Positions 1 through 8,674 of a stretch of 64,000 nucleotides of DNA are shown here, in pieces. The stretch is from Phycisphaerales bacterium (lineage in GTDB: Bacteria > Planctomycetota > Phycisphaerae > Phycisphaerales > UBA1924): positions 120 through 64,119 of the forward strand of contig DASPMT010000513.1 in the NCBI GenBank assembly GCA_035626935.1. Reading direction: 5' to 3'. The notes below the pieces were generated by a model. That model ran no database searches. It saw only the letters and a program-made list of their open reading frames with translations, and was not told where the DNA came from. The stretch's first letter is position 1. Every line of letters begins with the position of its first letter. The translations under genes were made by a program, and so were the position numbers.

Positions 1-366
1 GACGGTGCGGGCGAGCTCGCCGGCGGCCGTGGCGGCATCGGCGACGTCATGGATGTAGTCCCCCTCGAGTTGGTCGTCGCCGTCCACCACCACTCGGACC
101 CTGCCGCCGCCGTACTCGCGCGCGAAGACCCGGAGGATTTCCGCCACAGCCTCCGGGTCGTCCTGGTGAAGTTGCAGCAACGCATCCAGCACGCCGAGCG
201 GCGCCGTTCGCACGCCACTCCGCCAGTGGCTGATCGTCGAGGTGTCAACTCTACAAGCCGCCGCCAGCGATGCGTCCTTGGTGAGCCCCGCCTCCTGCCA
301 CTCGCGAAGCCGGGCGGCTCCGTGGCGAATCAGGTGTGGAGGTGTCACGTTCGGGCGCTGGCTCAT
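1..366 (-). CDS. HTH DNA-binding protein, C-terminus cut by window edge (122 codons present)
   Basis: Absent from the ORF track because it runs off the edge. Reverse-strand ATG at 366-364. Translation MSQRPNVTPPHLIRHGAARLREWQEAGLTKDASLAAACRVDTSTISHWRSG... contains an HTH-like segment. G/C-rich third positions. Confidence 0.6.
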   Translation of the reverse strand, partial: MSQRPNVTPPHLIRHGAARLREWQEAGLTKDASLAAACRVDTSTISHWRSGVRTAPLGVLDALLQLHQDDPEAVAEILRVFAREYGGGRVRVVVDGDDQLEGDYIHDVADAATAAGELARTV

Positions 367-425
367 GACGGCTCCGGAGGGAAAGAGGAAGGTGGGAGGC
401 GCGGATGCGAAGGTTGACGGAAGCG

Positions 426-767
426 TCAGCTGGTGGGCGCGATCGGCGCCGCCGAGTCGATCTCGAGGGTGGAGACGGGCTGGAGGTCGAAGTCGACGAC
501 GTAGTCGTGAGAGCTGCCGGGGATCGGGCAGTCGATCGAGCAGCCCTCCTCGCCGGAGCATTCGGGGACGTGCTCCTGGCGCGCGCCCTCGACGACACGC
601 TCGGCGATGGGGCCCCACATGATCGACTCCACCTCCTCGGCCCAGCCATCTCCAGGGGCGTCGTCGCGGTACTGATCGAGGGCGCGAAGACACCGGTTGC
701 GCGCCTGCTCGGCCGTGACGTGGGTGTCCCAGGTGTCGCCGTCGTACGACCAGAACCGCGCACTCAA
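426..767 (-). CDS. Hypothetical acidic protein (113 aa)
   Basis: ORF track entry with ordinary amino-acid composition (W/D/E-rich) and strong GC3 bias. The start codon at 767 is TTG. Confidence 0.55.
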   Translation of the reverse strand: MSARFWSYDGDTWDTHVTAEQARNRCLRALDQYRDDAPGDGWAEEVESIMWGPIAERVVEGARQEHVPECSGEEGCSIDCPIPGSSHDYVVDFDLQPVSTLEIDSAAPIAPTS

Positions 768-770
768 GGC

Positions 771-914
771 CTACTTCCCGACCGGCGCGGGCTTGCGCCC
801 GAACTGGATGTCCCGCCGCTGGCGGCGGTTGAGGCCGTCCTGGCGCGGCTCGGGGCGGCTGACAGCAACGGGCTTGGGTTCGGGCTCACGGTTGTCGACG
901 TCAGGCGGCTGCAT
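771..914 (-). CDS. Small basic protein (47 aa), below the ORF-track size cutoff
   Basis: Read by hand as MQPPDVDNREPEPKPVAVSRPEPRQDGLNRRQRRDIQFGRKPAPVGK. GAGGAG lies 6 nt upstream of the ATG. Almost every codon ends in G/C. Confidence 0.45.
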   Translation of the reverse strand: MQPPDVDNREPEPKPVAVSRPEPRQDGLNRRQRRDIQFGRKPAPVGK

Positions 915-1086
915 CGGCTGCTCCTCTGGAGTGGAGGGACCAGCCCCTGCGGCACGACCTGGGGCGGCGCGCTGCGTCAGAAGCTGGAGAGGAAGCCCGC
1001 CCTCGGTGGCTGCTCGACGTCAGACACAGGGGGTCCGTCGAAGGCGGGCAGGTGGTACGCTCGCGAGCGCAGAAGAGGGGGTACCA

Positions 1087-1725
1087 ATGGCCGACAGACC
1101 GGCGCCCGAGCGAGTGAGCGTCATCGCGCTCGACGTTCCCTTCGGATCGATGGTGTGGCTGTTCTTCAAGGCTTGGTTCGCCTGGGTCCTGGCGACGCTG
1201 CTCGCTTGGATGATGATTGGCGCGGTGGGGGGCCTGGTATTCGCTGGCCTCGTGGCCCTTGGCCTCACCGGCGCGGTGACCAGCGCCGCCCTCGCAACTC
1301 GGGCCCCCGAGGCATCGCAAGGAACCGCATCCCCCGTGGTCCCCGTCGAAGTGATCCCAGACGATGGGCAATGGCACCGGGAGGTCGGCGAGAACGAGTT
1401 CGCCGGGAACTCCTACACGGCATGGCGACGGTCGGTCGCTGGCGACTCCGCCTTGTACGTCCGATGCCAGGGTCAGACCGTCGATTTCTTCTTCGAGGCT
1501 CCGAACTTCCATGGCGTCCAGGCCACGGCAGTCGTGGACGGGAAGAGCCTCGGGATCTGGAAGGTCAGCAGGGGCGCGGGCTCGACGCGGTTCTTGGAGC
1601 ACGAGCGTGTCAAGGACATCCTGAACGCCGCGACCTTGAGCCTCACTGCAGACCGAGAGTATACGTTCAACCTGGACGGTCTTGCGGAGGAGCTGCGCGC
1701 TCTCGCCGACGGCTGCGACCAGTAG
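1087..1725 (+). CDS. Membrane protein: N-terminal TM helices plus soluble C-terminal domain (212 aa)
   Basis: Internal ATG of ORF 697..1725, preceded by AGAGGGGG. Hydrophobic run MVWLFFKAWFAWVLATLLAWMMIGAVGGLVFAGLVALGL. The upstream part of the ORF is R/G/S-rich noise. Confidence 0.65.
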   Translation: MADRPAPERVSVIALDVPFGSMVWLFFKAWFAWVLATLLAWMMIGAVGGLVFAGLVALGLTGAVTSAALATRAPEASQGTASPVVPVEVIPDDGQWHREVGENEFAGNSYTAWRRSVAGDSALYVRCQGQTVDFFFEAPNFHGVQATAVVDGKSLGIWKVSRGAGSTRFLEHERVKDILNAATLSLTADREYTFNLDGLAEELRALADGCDQ

Positions 1726-1727
1726 GC

Positions 1728-1982
1728 TCACGCCGCCTCCGGCTCTGCGCGATGGGCGCGGCGGGCCCGCGTCGTGGCCGCTGCGGCGCGAAGGACCTCA
1801 GCAGGATCAATGCCAAGGGCGTCGGCTAGACGTTCCTGGGTATCGGCACCCCCAACAACCTCCTCGTCTTCGATTCGATAGATCATTGGCCGATCAATGC
1901 CCGCCATGTCTGCGAGCTGGGCGACCGTGAGGCCAGCGGCCTCACGGGCTTCTCGCACCAGGCGGCCGAGGGTCGTGGACAT
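1728..1982 (-). CDS. XRE/Cro-CI-type HTH regulator (84 aa)
   Basis: GLTVAQLADMAGIDRPMIYRIE helix-turn-helix. ATG at 1982 has a GAGG-type RBS; an alternative ATG at 2009 does not. Divergent from the next XRE gene. Confidence 0.75.
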   Translation of the reverse strand: MSTTLGRLVREAREAAGLTVAQLADMAGIDRPMIYRIEDEEVVGGADTQERLADALGIDPAEVLRAAAATTRARRAHRAEPEAA

Positions 1983-2049
1983 GGGAACCTCTGCCTCTGT
2001 GGATATCATTCACGTCACGCCGTGTCTAGAGTTCACATACGTCGCGGTG
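1983..2049. promoter_or_regulatory. Divergent intergenic region between two XRE genes (candidate genetic switch)
   Basis: Locally lower GC. Repeated TTCAC-containing half-sites (cattcacgtcacg ... gttcacatacgtc) between back-to-back regulator genes. Confidence 0.35.
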
Positions 2050-2520
2050 ATGCGTGACCTGGGCCAGGACTTGAAGAGGGCGCGGAAAAGCGCCGGAATC
2101 TCCCAAGTAGACCTTGCTCGTGAGCTTGGCCTGACCGAACACAGCCAGATTTCCAAGGTCGAACGCGGCCATGCGACAACGACGCTGGAGAAAGCCCAGA
2201 AATGGGCCGATCTCTGTGGCTTCGAGTTCGTGTTGCTGCAGAGGGGGAGCCCCGACGCAAATGCGCTCGCCGCCGAACTCGTGCACTGCGCGCCAGCAGA
2301 CCGAGCCCTCCTGCTCGAGCTGTCCCGCGCGCTGCCTCACCTTGGCGGGGAGGCACGCTTTCTTATCGAAGGAGTCATCCTGGCGGCGAAGCAACGCGCC
2401 GCCGAGAATGCTGCCCGGCCAACCGAGGAGCAAACGCGCGAACGCGTATTGCGGGAGATCGGTGGCGCCGCTGTGGACGAGGCCGGACGCGAACTCGGGT
2501 TGAAGAGGTTGAAGGCCTAG
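2050..2520 (+). CDS. XRE-family HTH regulator with C-terminal CAPxDRALLL domain (paralog 1)
   Basis: ARKSAGISQVDLARELGLTEHSQISKVERG HTH. C-terminal LVHCAPADRALLLELSRALPHLGGEARFLIEGV is shared with the next gene. Confidence 0.75.
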   Translation: MRDLGQDLKRARKSAGISQVDLARELGLTEHSQISKVERGHATTTLEKAQKWADLCGFEFVLLQRGSPDANALAAELVHCAPADRALLLELSRALPHLGGEARFLIEGVILAAKQRAAENAARPTEEQTRERVLREIGGAAVDEAGRELGLKRLKA

Positions 2521-2526
2521 CCGCCG

Positions 2527-2940
2527 ATGGGCCTGCGATCGAACATCGGAGCGGAGATCCGCACGCGGCGGACCGAGCGAGGCTGGACCCTGCGCGACCT
2601 CGCCGATCGATGTGGGATTTCCTTTCAGATGCTCGGGCAGATCGAGACGGCGTATGCCAACACAACGCTGGAAGCCGTTGAACGCATCGTTCAGGCGCTC
2701 GACCTGGTGGCCGAAGTGAGCCTCCGCGACCCCAGCGAACCGGCTACCGCGTCTGCACTCGCGATCGAGAACTGCGCTCCGGAGGATCGAGCGCTGCTGC
2801 TCCTGCTGTCCCATGCACTTCCGCGCTTGGGACCCGGCGAACGGCGGGTTCTCCGCGGCATCGTCGAGTTGGCCCACGAGATCGCGGCCGAGAACGATCG
2901 CGACCCCAAGCCGGGGGGCCGCGAGCACGCGCGCCCCTAG
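2527..2940 (+). CDS. XRE-family HTH regulator with C-terminal CAPxDRALLL domain (paralog 2)
   Basis: RTERGWTLRDLADRCGISFQMLGQIETA HTH. C-terminal IENCAPEDRALLLLLSHALPRLGPGERRVLRGIVE. Confidence 0.75.
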   Translation: MGLRSNIGAEIRTRRTERGWTLRDLADRCGISFQMLGQIETAYANTTLEAVERIVQALDLVAEVSLRDPSEPATASALAIENCAPEDRALLLLLSHALPRLGPGERRVLRGIVELAHEIAAENDRDPKPGGREHARP

Positions 2941-3149
2941 CGTCCCACGATCGTCAGCCCCATCCCCTTGAGCGCCCCCAGCGCGCGCTCCCACGCCTCC
3001 TCGCGCGCCGTCGCGCGCTCTACGGGAGTGAGGCGCGATTCGCTGGGCGTGGGGTCGCGACGGTAACTACGGCGGATCTTCTCCGCCGCGAGCCCACGGC
3101 GAGCCTCGGCCGCTCCAGCGACGCCGATCACGGCGTACGCGCGGCTCAC
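2937..3149 (-). CDS. Hypothetical protein (70 aa)
   Basis: GTG start overlaps the stop of the upstream minus-strand gene (GTGA). Plausible composition. Confidence 0.45.
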   Translation of the reverse strand: MSRAYAVIGVAGAAEARRGLAAEKIRRSYRRDPTPSESRLTPVERATAREEAWERALGALKGMGLTIVGR

Positions 3150-3478
3150 CGAACACCCCTAAGCGCCACGAGCTCAGGCGCGTCGCCGAGGATCTGGCTG
3201 ACCTGGGCGAGCGTGGTGGCTCGGCACCGCGGAAGGTCCAAGCAAAACGCGCCGATCAGCGCCGCTCCAACGTAGGACGCATACCGCGGGTGGATGTCGG
3301 GGCAGGGGATCGCGAGGTCGATCACCATCCCGATCGAGGTGTTGGCGGCGGCCGTGTCACGAATTGTCACGGCTCCGGTTTTTTCGTGAACTGCATCCAC
3401 ATCAGGGTAGGATGTGAATGTCAGACACGGAGCGACCCCGATGAGCCTGTGCGGCATGAAATCCTCCAGTTTGGGCAT
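3146..3478 (-). CDS. Hypothetical protein (110 aa)
   Basis: Internal ATG (MPKLEDFMPHRLIGVAPCLTF...) of ORF 3146..3658. The N-terminal extension of that ORF is S/A/R-rich and unlikely to be coding. Confidence 0.5.
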   Translation of the reverse strand: MPKLEDFMPHRLIGVAPCLTFTSYPDVDAVHEKTGAVTIRDTAAANTSIGMVIDLAIPCPDIHPRYASYVGAALIGAFCLDLPRCRATTLAQVSQILGDAPELVALRGVR

Positions 3479-3617
3479 CGCCGCGACGTCCCTGCCGCGG
3501 CCGGAGCTGTCTCCCGTAAGCGGGCGGCATGAACACGACACCAGCGAAGCGGACAACAACTGTCCGCCCATCCGAACGGGCGCCAAGGAGGCTGCGTTCG
3601 CCGCGCTCGTCGTCGGC

Positions 3618-3755
3618 ATGCTCGCCGAGGGCGAGATCGGCATCGCCCAAGCCGACAAGCTCGCTGCACTCCTGGAAGAGCGCGGCTTCGTCGCCCAGGC
3701 CCAGACGATCCGTGACGCCCAGCCGACCGCGATCGCCCGCCAGGTGCTTCGGTGA
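3618..3755 (+). CDS. Small hypothetical protein (45 aa), start uncertain
   Basis: C-terminal part of ORF 3414..3755 (MLAEGEIGIAQADKLAALLEERGFVAQAQTIRDAQPTAIARQVLR) looks coding. Its stop overlaps the next start (GTGA). No convincing RBS. Confidence 0.3.
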   Translation: MLAEGEIGIAQADKLAALLEERGFVAQAQTIRDAQPTAIARQVLR

Positions 3756-4177
3756 GCGACGCCACCGATCGGGAGCTTCGCGGCCGCATGAAGTTGGACG
3801 TCCTCGCAGCGAAGCTGCGGGAGATCCGGTCGGACGCCGGCCTACGCCAAATCGATCTCGCAGCTCGCCTGGGGATCACTGCGGCCGCGGTGAGTCGGAT
3901 TGAGCTCGGTCTTCGCGAAACGTGCGTTGAAACCATGGCCGCATGGGCTGACGCGTGTGGCCGCGAGCTTCGCATCGAGTTTCCGCCCAAGGGCACCGTC
4001 GCAGGCCAGGCCTGCCCGGAGCACCTCGAAGGGATCGTGGCCCTTCTCGCGGAACAACCGCCGCCGGTCCTCAGCATGGTCGAGGGCTTGCTTCGAGCAG
4101 CCGGAAAGCAGCCTTCGCGGCTGCCCGCCAAAATCGACCCCGTCGCGAACCCTGGCGACGCTCGGCGGCGCCTGTGA
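3752..4177 (+). CDS. XRE-family HTH regulator (paralog 3, 141 aa)
   Basis: IRSDAGLRQIDLAARLGITAAAVSRIELG HTH. The C-terminal ACPEHLEGIVALLAEQ... echoes the CAPxDRALLL tail of the two upstream paralogs. GTG start. Confidence 0.7.
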   Translation: MSDATDRELRGRMKLDVLAAKLREIRSDAGLRQIDLAARLGITAAAVSRIELGLRETCVETMAAWADACGRELRIEFPPKGTVAGQACPEHLEGIVALLAEQPPPVLSMVEGLLRAAGKQPSRLPAKIDPVANPGDARRRL

Positions 4178-4530
4178 GCCCCCGCGACGCCCTGCACGAG
4201 CTGCTCCACCCCGCCCCGTGGCTGGAGCTCCACGAGCGGCGGACCGACTCCCGCGACGTCGAGGGGCGCTGGTACTGCCACTGTGGCGCCGACGGGGAGT
4301 TGCACGAGGCCCACGCCTGCACCCGTCAGAGCACCGCCGAGGACCGCCAGCGGGCGCACGACGCGCTCCAGGCGGAGATCGAGTGCTGGCTCGCGCTCGA
4401 GCTCGAGGTCATCCCGGAGAGCGTCGCGCTCGAGGTCGCGAGGAACGAGCGCGACTGGTGGGTGGCGGCCGACGAGCTGCTCGCGCTCGCCGAGCAGGTG
4501 CTCACCGAGAACGCCCGGAGGGCAGCATGA
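4174..4530 (+). CDS. Hypothetical Cys/His-containing protein (118 aa)
   Basis: GTG start in a GTGA overlap. WYCHCGADGELHEAHAC motif. Acidic helical C-terminus. Confidence 0.55.
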   Translation: MSPRDALHELLHPAPWLELHERRTDSRDVEGRWYCHCGADGELHEAHACTRQSTAEDRQRAHDALQAEIECWLALELEVIPESVALEVARNERDWWVAADELLALAEQVLTENARRAA

Positions 4531-4793
4531 GCCCCGTTGATGGAACCTTCTACCGCGTGGCGTCAGCGCGGAACGGCCGGTTTTACTCCAGGACACGCCT
4601 GCGTTCGTTTATCATGCGGAATTGCCTTTTGAGGGCGCTCCGCCCTGACGCCTTGGAGCGGGGCGCGCTGGTCGATTCCTTCCTCGACTGCGACCGGTGG
4701 ATGACCCGCCACACAGGCGAGACACCGGCCTCCATCGCAAGGTTCCTCGTCGACGACGTCTTCGAAGGCCGGAACCCGGATGGCGGGCCATGA
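4527..4793 (+). CDS. Hypothetical protein (88 aa)
   Basis: ATGA overlaps at both ends. An internal ATG at 4614 is an alternative start. Confidence 0.5.
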   Translation: MSPVDGTFYRVASARNGRFYSRTRLRSFIMRNCLLRALRPDALERGALVDSFLDCDRWMTRHTGETPASIARFLVDDVFEGRNPDGGP

Positions 4794-4972
4794 GGCCCGC
4801 CCTGCTGCTCCTGTGCGGCTGGTGCGCCCTCCTGGGCGCCCTGCTCACCCAGCTGGGTGCGGAGCTCGTTGTGCTCGCGCCCGTCGCGGCGGCGTGCCTC
4901 GCGGTCGCCTGCGCGGTCCCGCCCGAGCGGTGGTGGGCCACCCTCACCCGCGGACCCGAGGAGGGCCCGTGA
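4790..4972 (+). CDS. Small membrane protein (60 aa)
   Basis: MRPALLLLCGWCALLGALLTQLGAELVVLAPVAAACLAVACAV is hydrophobic. ATGA overlap with the upstream gene. Confidence 0.5.
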   Translation: MRPALLLLCGWCALLGALLTQLGAELVVLAPVAAACLAVACAVPPERWWATLTRGPEEGP

Positions 4973-5097
4973 GCACCGCCGACCTGTTCGAGGCGTACCT
5001 CCCCATCGCGCAGCGCTTCCCCTCGGTCGCGCTCGTGGTCTTCCGGTTCTTGCTCGCGAATCACCGTCGCCTCGAAGCGACGAGCCCCGAGGAGTAG
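4969..5097 (+). CDS. Small hypothetical protein (42 aa)
   Basis: GTGA overlap. VSTADLFEAYLPIAQRFPSVALVVFRFLLANHRRLEATSPEE. Confidence 0.35.
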   Translation: MSTADLFEAYLPIAQRFPSVALVVFRFLLANHRRLEATSPEE

Positions 5098-5100
5098 CCC

Positions 5101-6039
5101 ATGTCCGAACTCGCAAAAGCCGTCGTGCGGGTCATGCGCGCGGTTCGCTACGTCCCGGAGACGGGGCGGAACCAGTTCCACCGCTACAGCTACGCGTCAG
5201 ACGAGGATCTTCTCACGGTTCTCCAGCCCGCGATGGCGGAGAACGGCCTGGCGCTGATCCCTTGCCGCACCGACGTGAAGGTCGAGGCGCACAGCCCGGA
5301 CGCCAAGGGCAAGCCGCAGTGGAGGACGGAGCTCGTCGTCACGTACAAGCTGCTCCACGAGAGCGGCGAGGCCGAGACCGTTCAGGCGCCCGGATGCGGG
5401 ATCGACGGCGAGGACAAAGGCACGTACAAGGCCATGACCGGCGCTCTCAAGTACGCGCTCCGGCACCTCTTCCTCGTTCCAACCGGCCAGGACGCGGAGC
5501 GGGCGCATGAGGATAGCCACCCGCCTGCAACGCAGGGACGCCCGAGCCCGAGCCACCAGCAGCAGCAGCGGCCCCAGGCGAACCCGCAGCAGCAGGGCCC
5601 ATCGCAGGCGGCCGCTCCTACGCCCCAGGCCGCCTCGCAGGCCACGCCTGCGCCGCAGGGACCCAACCCCCGGGGTGCGAGCGGATCGACGGAGGGATCG
5701 AGCGATCGAGTCGGCGGCCTCCTGAAACTCTGCGGGCGGATGCTGGCGCCGAACGCCATCCCCGAGGGCGCAAAGCGCGCGGTGCGCGAGCGCTTCGCGT
5801 TGCCCGAGGCCGTCGACCTCGGCGCCATCCCCGAGGCTTTGCTCCGCGGCACGGCAGCGAGCGCGGCGGCAGACGAGCTGGCTCGGCACGCCAAGCCCGG
5901 CGATGCCGAGCTGATCGCCGCCGCCCGTAATGCGGCAAACGCGGACCTCCGGGCGCTCCATGTGGCGGTGTTGCGCGGCTTCGGCCTGGCGCTTGCCGCA
6001 GCCGCACACGCCGCGAACGGCAACCGGGCGGCGGCATGA
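5101..6039 (+). CDS. ERF-family single-strand annealing recombinase
   Basis: RNQFHRYSYASDEDLLTVLQPAMAENGLALI and DKGTYKAMTGALKYALRHLFLV match the Erf family pattern. Long P/Q-rich C-terminal tail. GAGGAG RBS. Confidence 0.85.
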   Translation: MSELAKAVVRVMRAVRYVPETGRNQFHRYSYASDEDLLTVLQPAMAENGLALIPCRTDVKVEAHSPDAKGKPQWRTELVVTYKLLHESGEAETVQAPGCGIDGEDKGTYKAMTGALKYALRHLFLVPTGQDAERAHEDSHPPATQGRPSPSHQQQQRPQANPQQQGPSQAAAPTPQAASQATPAPQGPNPRGASGSTEGSSDRVGGLLKLCGRMLAPNAIPEGAKRAVRERFALPEAVDLGAIPEALLRGTAASAAADELARHAKPGDAELIAAARNAANADLRALHVAVLRGFGLALAAAAHAANGNRAAA

Positions 6040-6488
6040 AGCCCCTCGTCTACGTCGCGGCGCCCCTCGCGGGCGACGTCGAGCGCAACGTGCGCCGTGC
6101 GGCGGCTCTCGCCCGGCTGGTGGTCGAGGAGCACGGGAACCCGATCTGCGTCCACCCCGCAGTGGCCGCTGGCGTGTACGGCGACGACCACAACGCGGAG
6201 CACCGCCGCCGCGGGCTCTCGCTCGACCTGGAGCTCCTCGTCCACGTCCACAACGCCGGCGGGCAGCTCGTGGCGCTGCTTCGTGACGATGGCTCGGCCT
6301 CGCCGGGAACGGCGGTGGAGATGGAGTTCTGGGTTCATCGCCTCGGCGGCGCGAGCCCGGAGCTGGTCACCTGGTCGGACCTCGCGGAGCGCTTCGCGGC
6401 GGTTGGCCTGGCTGGCCTCCATGCCGCGCTCACGACTCCCACCTACCTGCCGCCGGCTCCGCCAGCGGGCTGGGAGGTGTCGCTGTGA
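6036..6488 (+). CDS. Hypothetical protein, possibly DUF4406 / nucleoside 2-deoxyribosyltransferase-like
   Basis: MKPLVYVAAPLAGD... N-terminus and SPGTAVEMEFW resemble the Rossmann-like deoxyribosyltransferase/DUF4406 pattern. The assignment is from memory only. Confidence 0.45.
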   Translation: MKPLVYVAAPLAGDVERNVRRAAALARLVVEEHGNPICVHPAVAAGVYGDDHNAEHRRRGLSLDLELLVHVHNAGGQLVALLRDDGSASPGTAVEMEFWVHRLGGASPELVTWSDLAERFAAVGLAGLHAALTTPTYLPPAPPAGWEVSL

Positions 6489-6748
6489 CCCCCGCGAGCG
6501 TTCAGGCAGCGCGGGCCGCCATGGGGGACCGCGAGGCCGCCAGGCGGTACCGCTGGCTAGCGGAGCTGCTCCCCGCCAGCCGTGACCACTACCTCCGCTG
6601 CGCCTCCGAGGCGGAAAGGTCGGCCATCGACAACGAGCGACGCGCCTACCAGCTCGAACAGAGCGAGTTGGCGGCGACGCGGCTCCGCAGGCTCCAAGAC
6701 CCCGAAACCTTCCCACCCCGCCGCCTGACCGCGGCCGACGAGGGCTGA
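6485..6748 (+). CDS. Hypothetical protein (87 aa)
   Basis: GTGA overlap with the upstream gene. Helical, charged composition. Confidence 0.5.
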   Translation: MTPASVQAARAAMGDREAARRYRWLAELLPASRDHYLRCASEAERSAIDNERRAYQLEQSELAATRLRRLQDPETFPPRRLTAADEG

Positions 6749-6751
6749 CCC

Positions 6752-8674
6752 ATGCGCCTCCAGCGGATCACCGCCACCGGTGCCGGCCTTAAGGGCCAGA
6801 CGTTTTCGGCGCAGCTCACCGGCGTCGACGTGTTTGTCGGTCCCAACGGGGCCGGCAAGAGCACGCGCCTGCTCGCGGTGCTCGCGGGGCTCCGCGGCCT
6901 CGCCGAGACGCCGTCAGACTCCGCACGCGAGTATCTCGGGCCTGTCCTGCCCACGGCGACGGTGGACCTCGACTTCGAGCGCGCGCGGATCTCTCGCTTC
7001 TTGGGCGACAGCCACCGCACGGCGAGCGCGCGCAAGGCGGACGGGATCGCCGAGGAGGTCGCAGGCGCCCACCTGGTGCGCTGGGACCTCGCCGATCTCG
7101 CTGCAGCCGCGCCCTCGGACCGCGCCAAGCTCCTCCAGCGGGTGTGCGACCTCGCCGCGGACGCCTGGGCACGTGACCGTCTCGTCGCGGAGCTCCGAGA
7201 GCGGCTGGCCCCGGTGGCCATCGAGGAGGGCGCGGAGCCGCCCGCGACGATCCGGCTGCTCGAGGAGCTCGTCGCCGAGCTGGCGAGTGCCGCCGGGGGC
7301 GCCACCACGCCCTCGAAGTGGCTCGCGGCGGCCCTCGAGTGGGCCAAGCAAGAGTTCACCGCCGCGAACGCAGCGAAGCGCCAGGCTGCCGCGACGGTGG
7401 ATGGCCTCGCGGCCGAGATCGCGGCTGCCCGCGGCGAGGAGCTGCCCTCGGCGACCGCGCTGGCTGCCGAGATCGAGCGCCTCGAGACGGAGCAGCGCAC
7501 GCTCGAACAGCAGCGACGCGACGCCCAGCAACGCGCCGACGCGCGCTCACGCGCGGAGCGGGACCTGGCGGCAGCGCAGCAGCAGCTGGCGACGGCACGG
7601 CGGGACGTGAGCGCTGCGGGTGAGCTGCCGGCCGAGCGGCCCGACGTCCAACGTCTCCGTGCGGAGGCGCAACAGGCGGCGGAGGAGGAGCGTGAGGCGC
7701 GGTCCGCTGTAATGCGCGCGAGCAAGCGCGCTGCGAGCCTGAAGGGCCGCCTGGACGCTCTGTCGCAGCCCCAGCGCCCATGCGCCCACTGCGGGCACTC
7801 CGATCCGGGCGGCGTGGGTACGGCGCTCGAGGAGGCCCGCCAGGAGTTCACGGCCGCCCAGGAGGAGCTTGAGGACGCCGAGGCGGATCTCGACGCCGCA
7901 GCGCTCGTGCTGGGTGCGCGCAATCGGGGCGTGAACGAGGCGCAGTGGGTGCTCGCGCGGATCGAGGGCGCGGAGCGCGCGGCACGAGCTCTGGCCACCG
8001 CGGAGGCCGACGTCGCCCGTCGCGCCGAGGAGGTGGCTGCGCTGCCCCACCTCGCGTTCGACGGGGCAGCCAGGCTGCAGGAGATCACGCCGCGGCTCAA
8101 CCAGCTGCGCCAGCAGCGCGATCGGGCGCTCCGTGCCGCGGAGCGGGACCGGCTCTACCATCGCGCGGTCGCCGACCAGGCTGCCGCTTCCGAGCGGTTT
8201 GATGCCGTGAGCCGGCTCGGCTCGGAGCTCAAGCAACTGCGCGAGCGCGTCACGGCCGAGGCGTTCGCTCCGCTCGAGCGCGAGGCCACGGCGATCGTCG
8301 AGCCCGTGCTCGGCGGGCGCGTCGAGTTCCGCTCGGGCGCCGACTTCGGCCTCGCGCGTGGAGAGCTCTACGTGCCCTGGTGGTCGCTGTCGGACGGCGA
8401 ACGCGCCGTGGTCGGCGCCGGGATCGCCTACGCCTTCGCGCGGGTCGGCCGGGCGAAGTGGCGAGCCGTCATCCTCGACGGGGCGGAGGCGATCGACGCC
8501 GGCCGGCTCGAGACGCTGCTGCGCGAGCTCGGCCGCCGGGTGCAGCTCGGCGACCTCGACAATGCGCTCGTCGCGGTGCGGACCGAGGAGGACGGCGACG
8601 GCTGGGTCAACGGCGACGGGATCGCCGTTCATCGGCTCGAGGCGCCCGCGCAGGGCGCGGTGGAGGCAGCGTGA
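6752..8674 (+). CDS. Rad50/SbcC-like SMC-type ATPase with coiled coil and CxxC hook
   Basis: Walker A GPNGAGKST. Long A/E/R coiled coil. Central PCAHCGH (zinc-hook-like). Signature LSDGERAVVG. Walker B AVILDGAEAID. Confidence 0.85.
   Translation: MRLQRITATGAGLKGQTFSAQLTGVDVFVGPNGAGKSTRLLAVLAGLRGLAETPSDSAREYLGPVLPTATVDLDFERARISRFLGDSHRTASARKADGIAEEVAGAHLVRWDLADLAAAAPSDRAKLLQRVCDLAADAWARDRLVAELRERLAPVAIEEGAEPPATIRLLEELVAELASAAGGATTPSKWLAAALEWAKQEFTAANAAKRQAAATVDGLAAEIAAARGEELPSATALAAEIERLETEQRTLEQQRRDAQQRADARSRAERDLAAAQQQLATARRDVSAAGELPAERPDVQRLRAEAQQAAEEEREARSAVMRASKRAASLKGRLDALSQPQRPCAHCGHSDPGGVGTALEEARQEFTAAQEELEDAEADLDAAALVLGARNRGVNEAQWVLARIEGAERAARALATAEADVARRAEEVAALPHLAFDGAARLQEITPRLNQLRQQRDRALRAAERDRLYHRAVADQAAASERFDAVSRLGSELKQLRERVTAEAFAPLEREATAIVEPVLGGRVEFRSGADFGLARGELYVPWWSLSDGERAVVGAGIAYAFARVGRAKWRAVILDGAEAIDAGRLETLLRELGRRVQLGDLDNALVAVRTEEDGDGWVNGDGIAVHRLEAPAQGAVEAA

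Noticed and set aside
3529-3903. 124-aa plus-strand ORF (MNTTPAKRTTTVRPSERAPRRLRSPRSSS...)
   Set aside because: It is an S/R/P-rich out-of-frame reading over the XRE gene 3752..4177 and the small gene ending at 3755.
6646-8100. 484-aa minus-strand ORF antisense to the Rad50-like ATPase gene
   Set aside because: Its composition is extremely A/S/R-rich and low in complexity. It is the mirror of a gene with clear Walker and signature motifs, so it is a typical shadow ORF of high-GC DNA.
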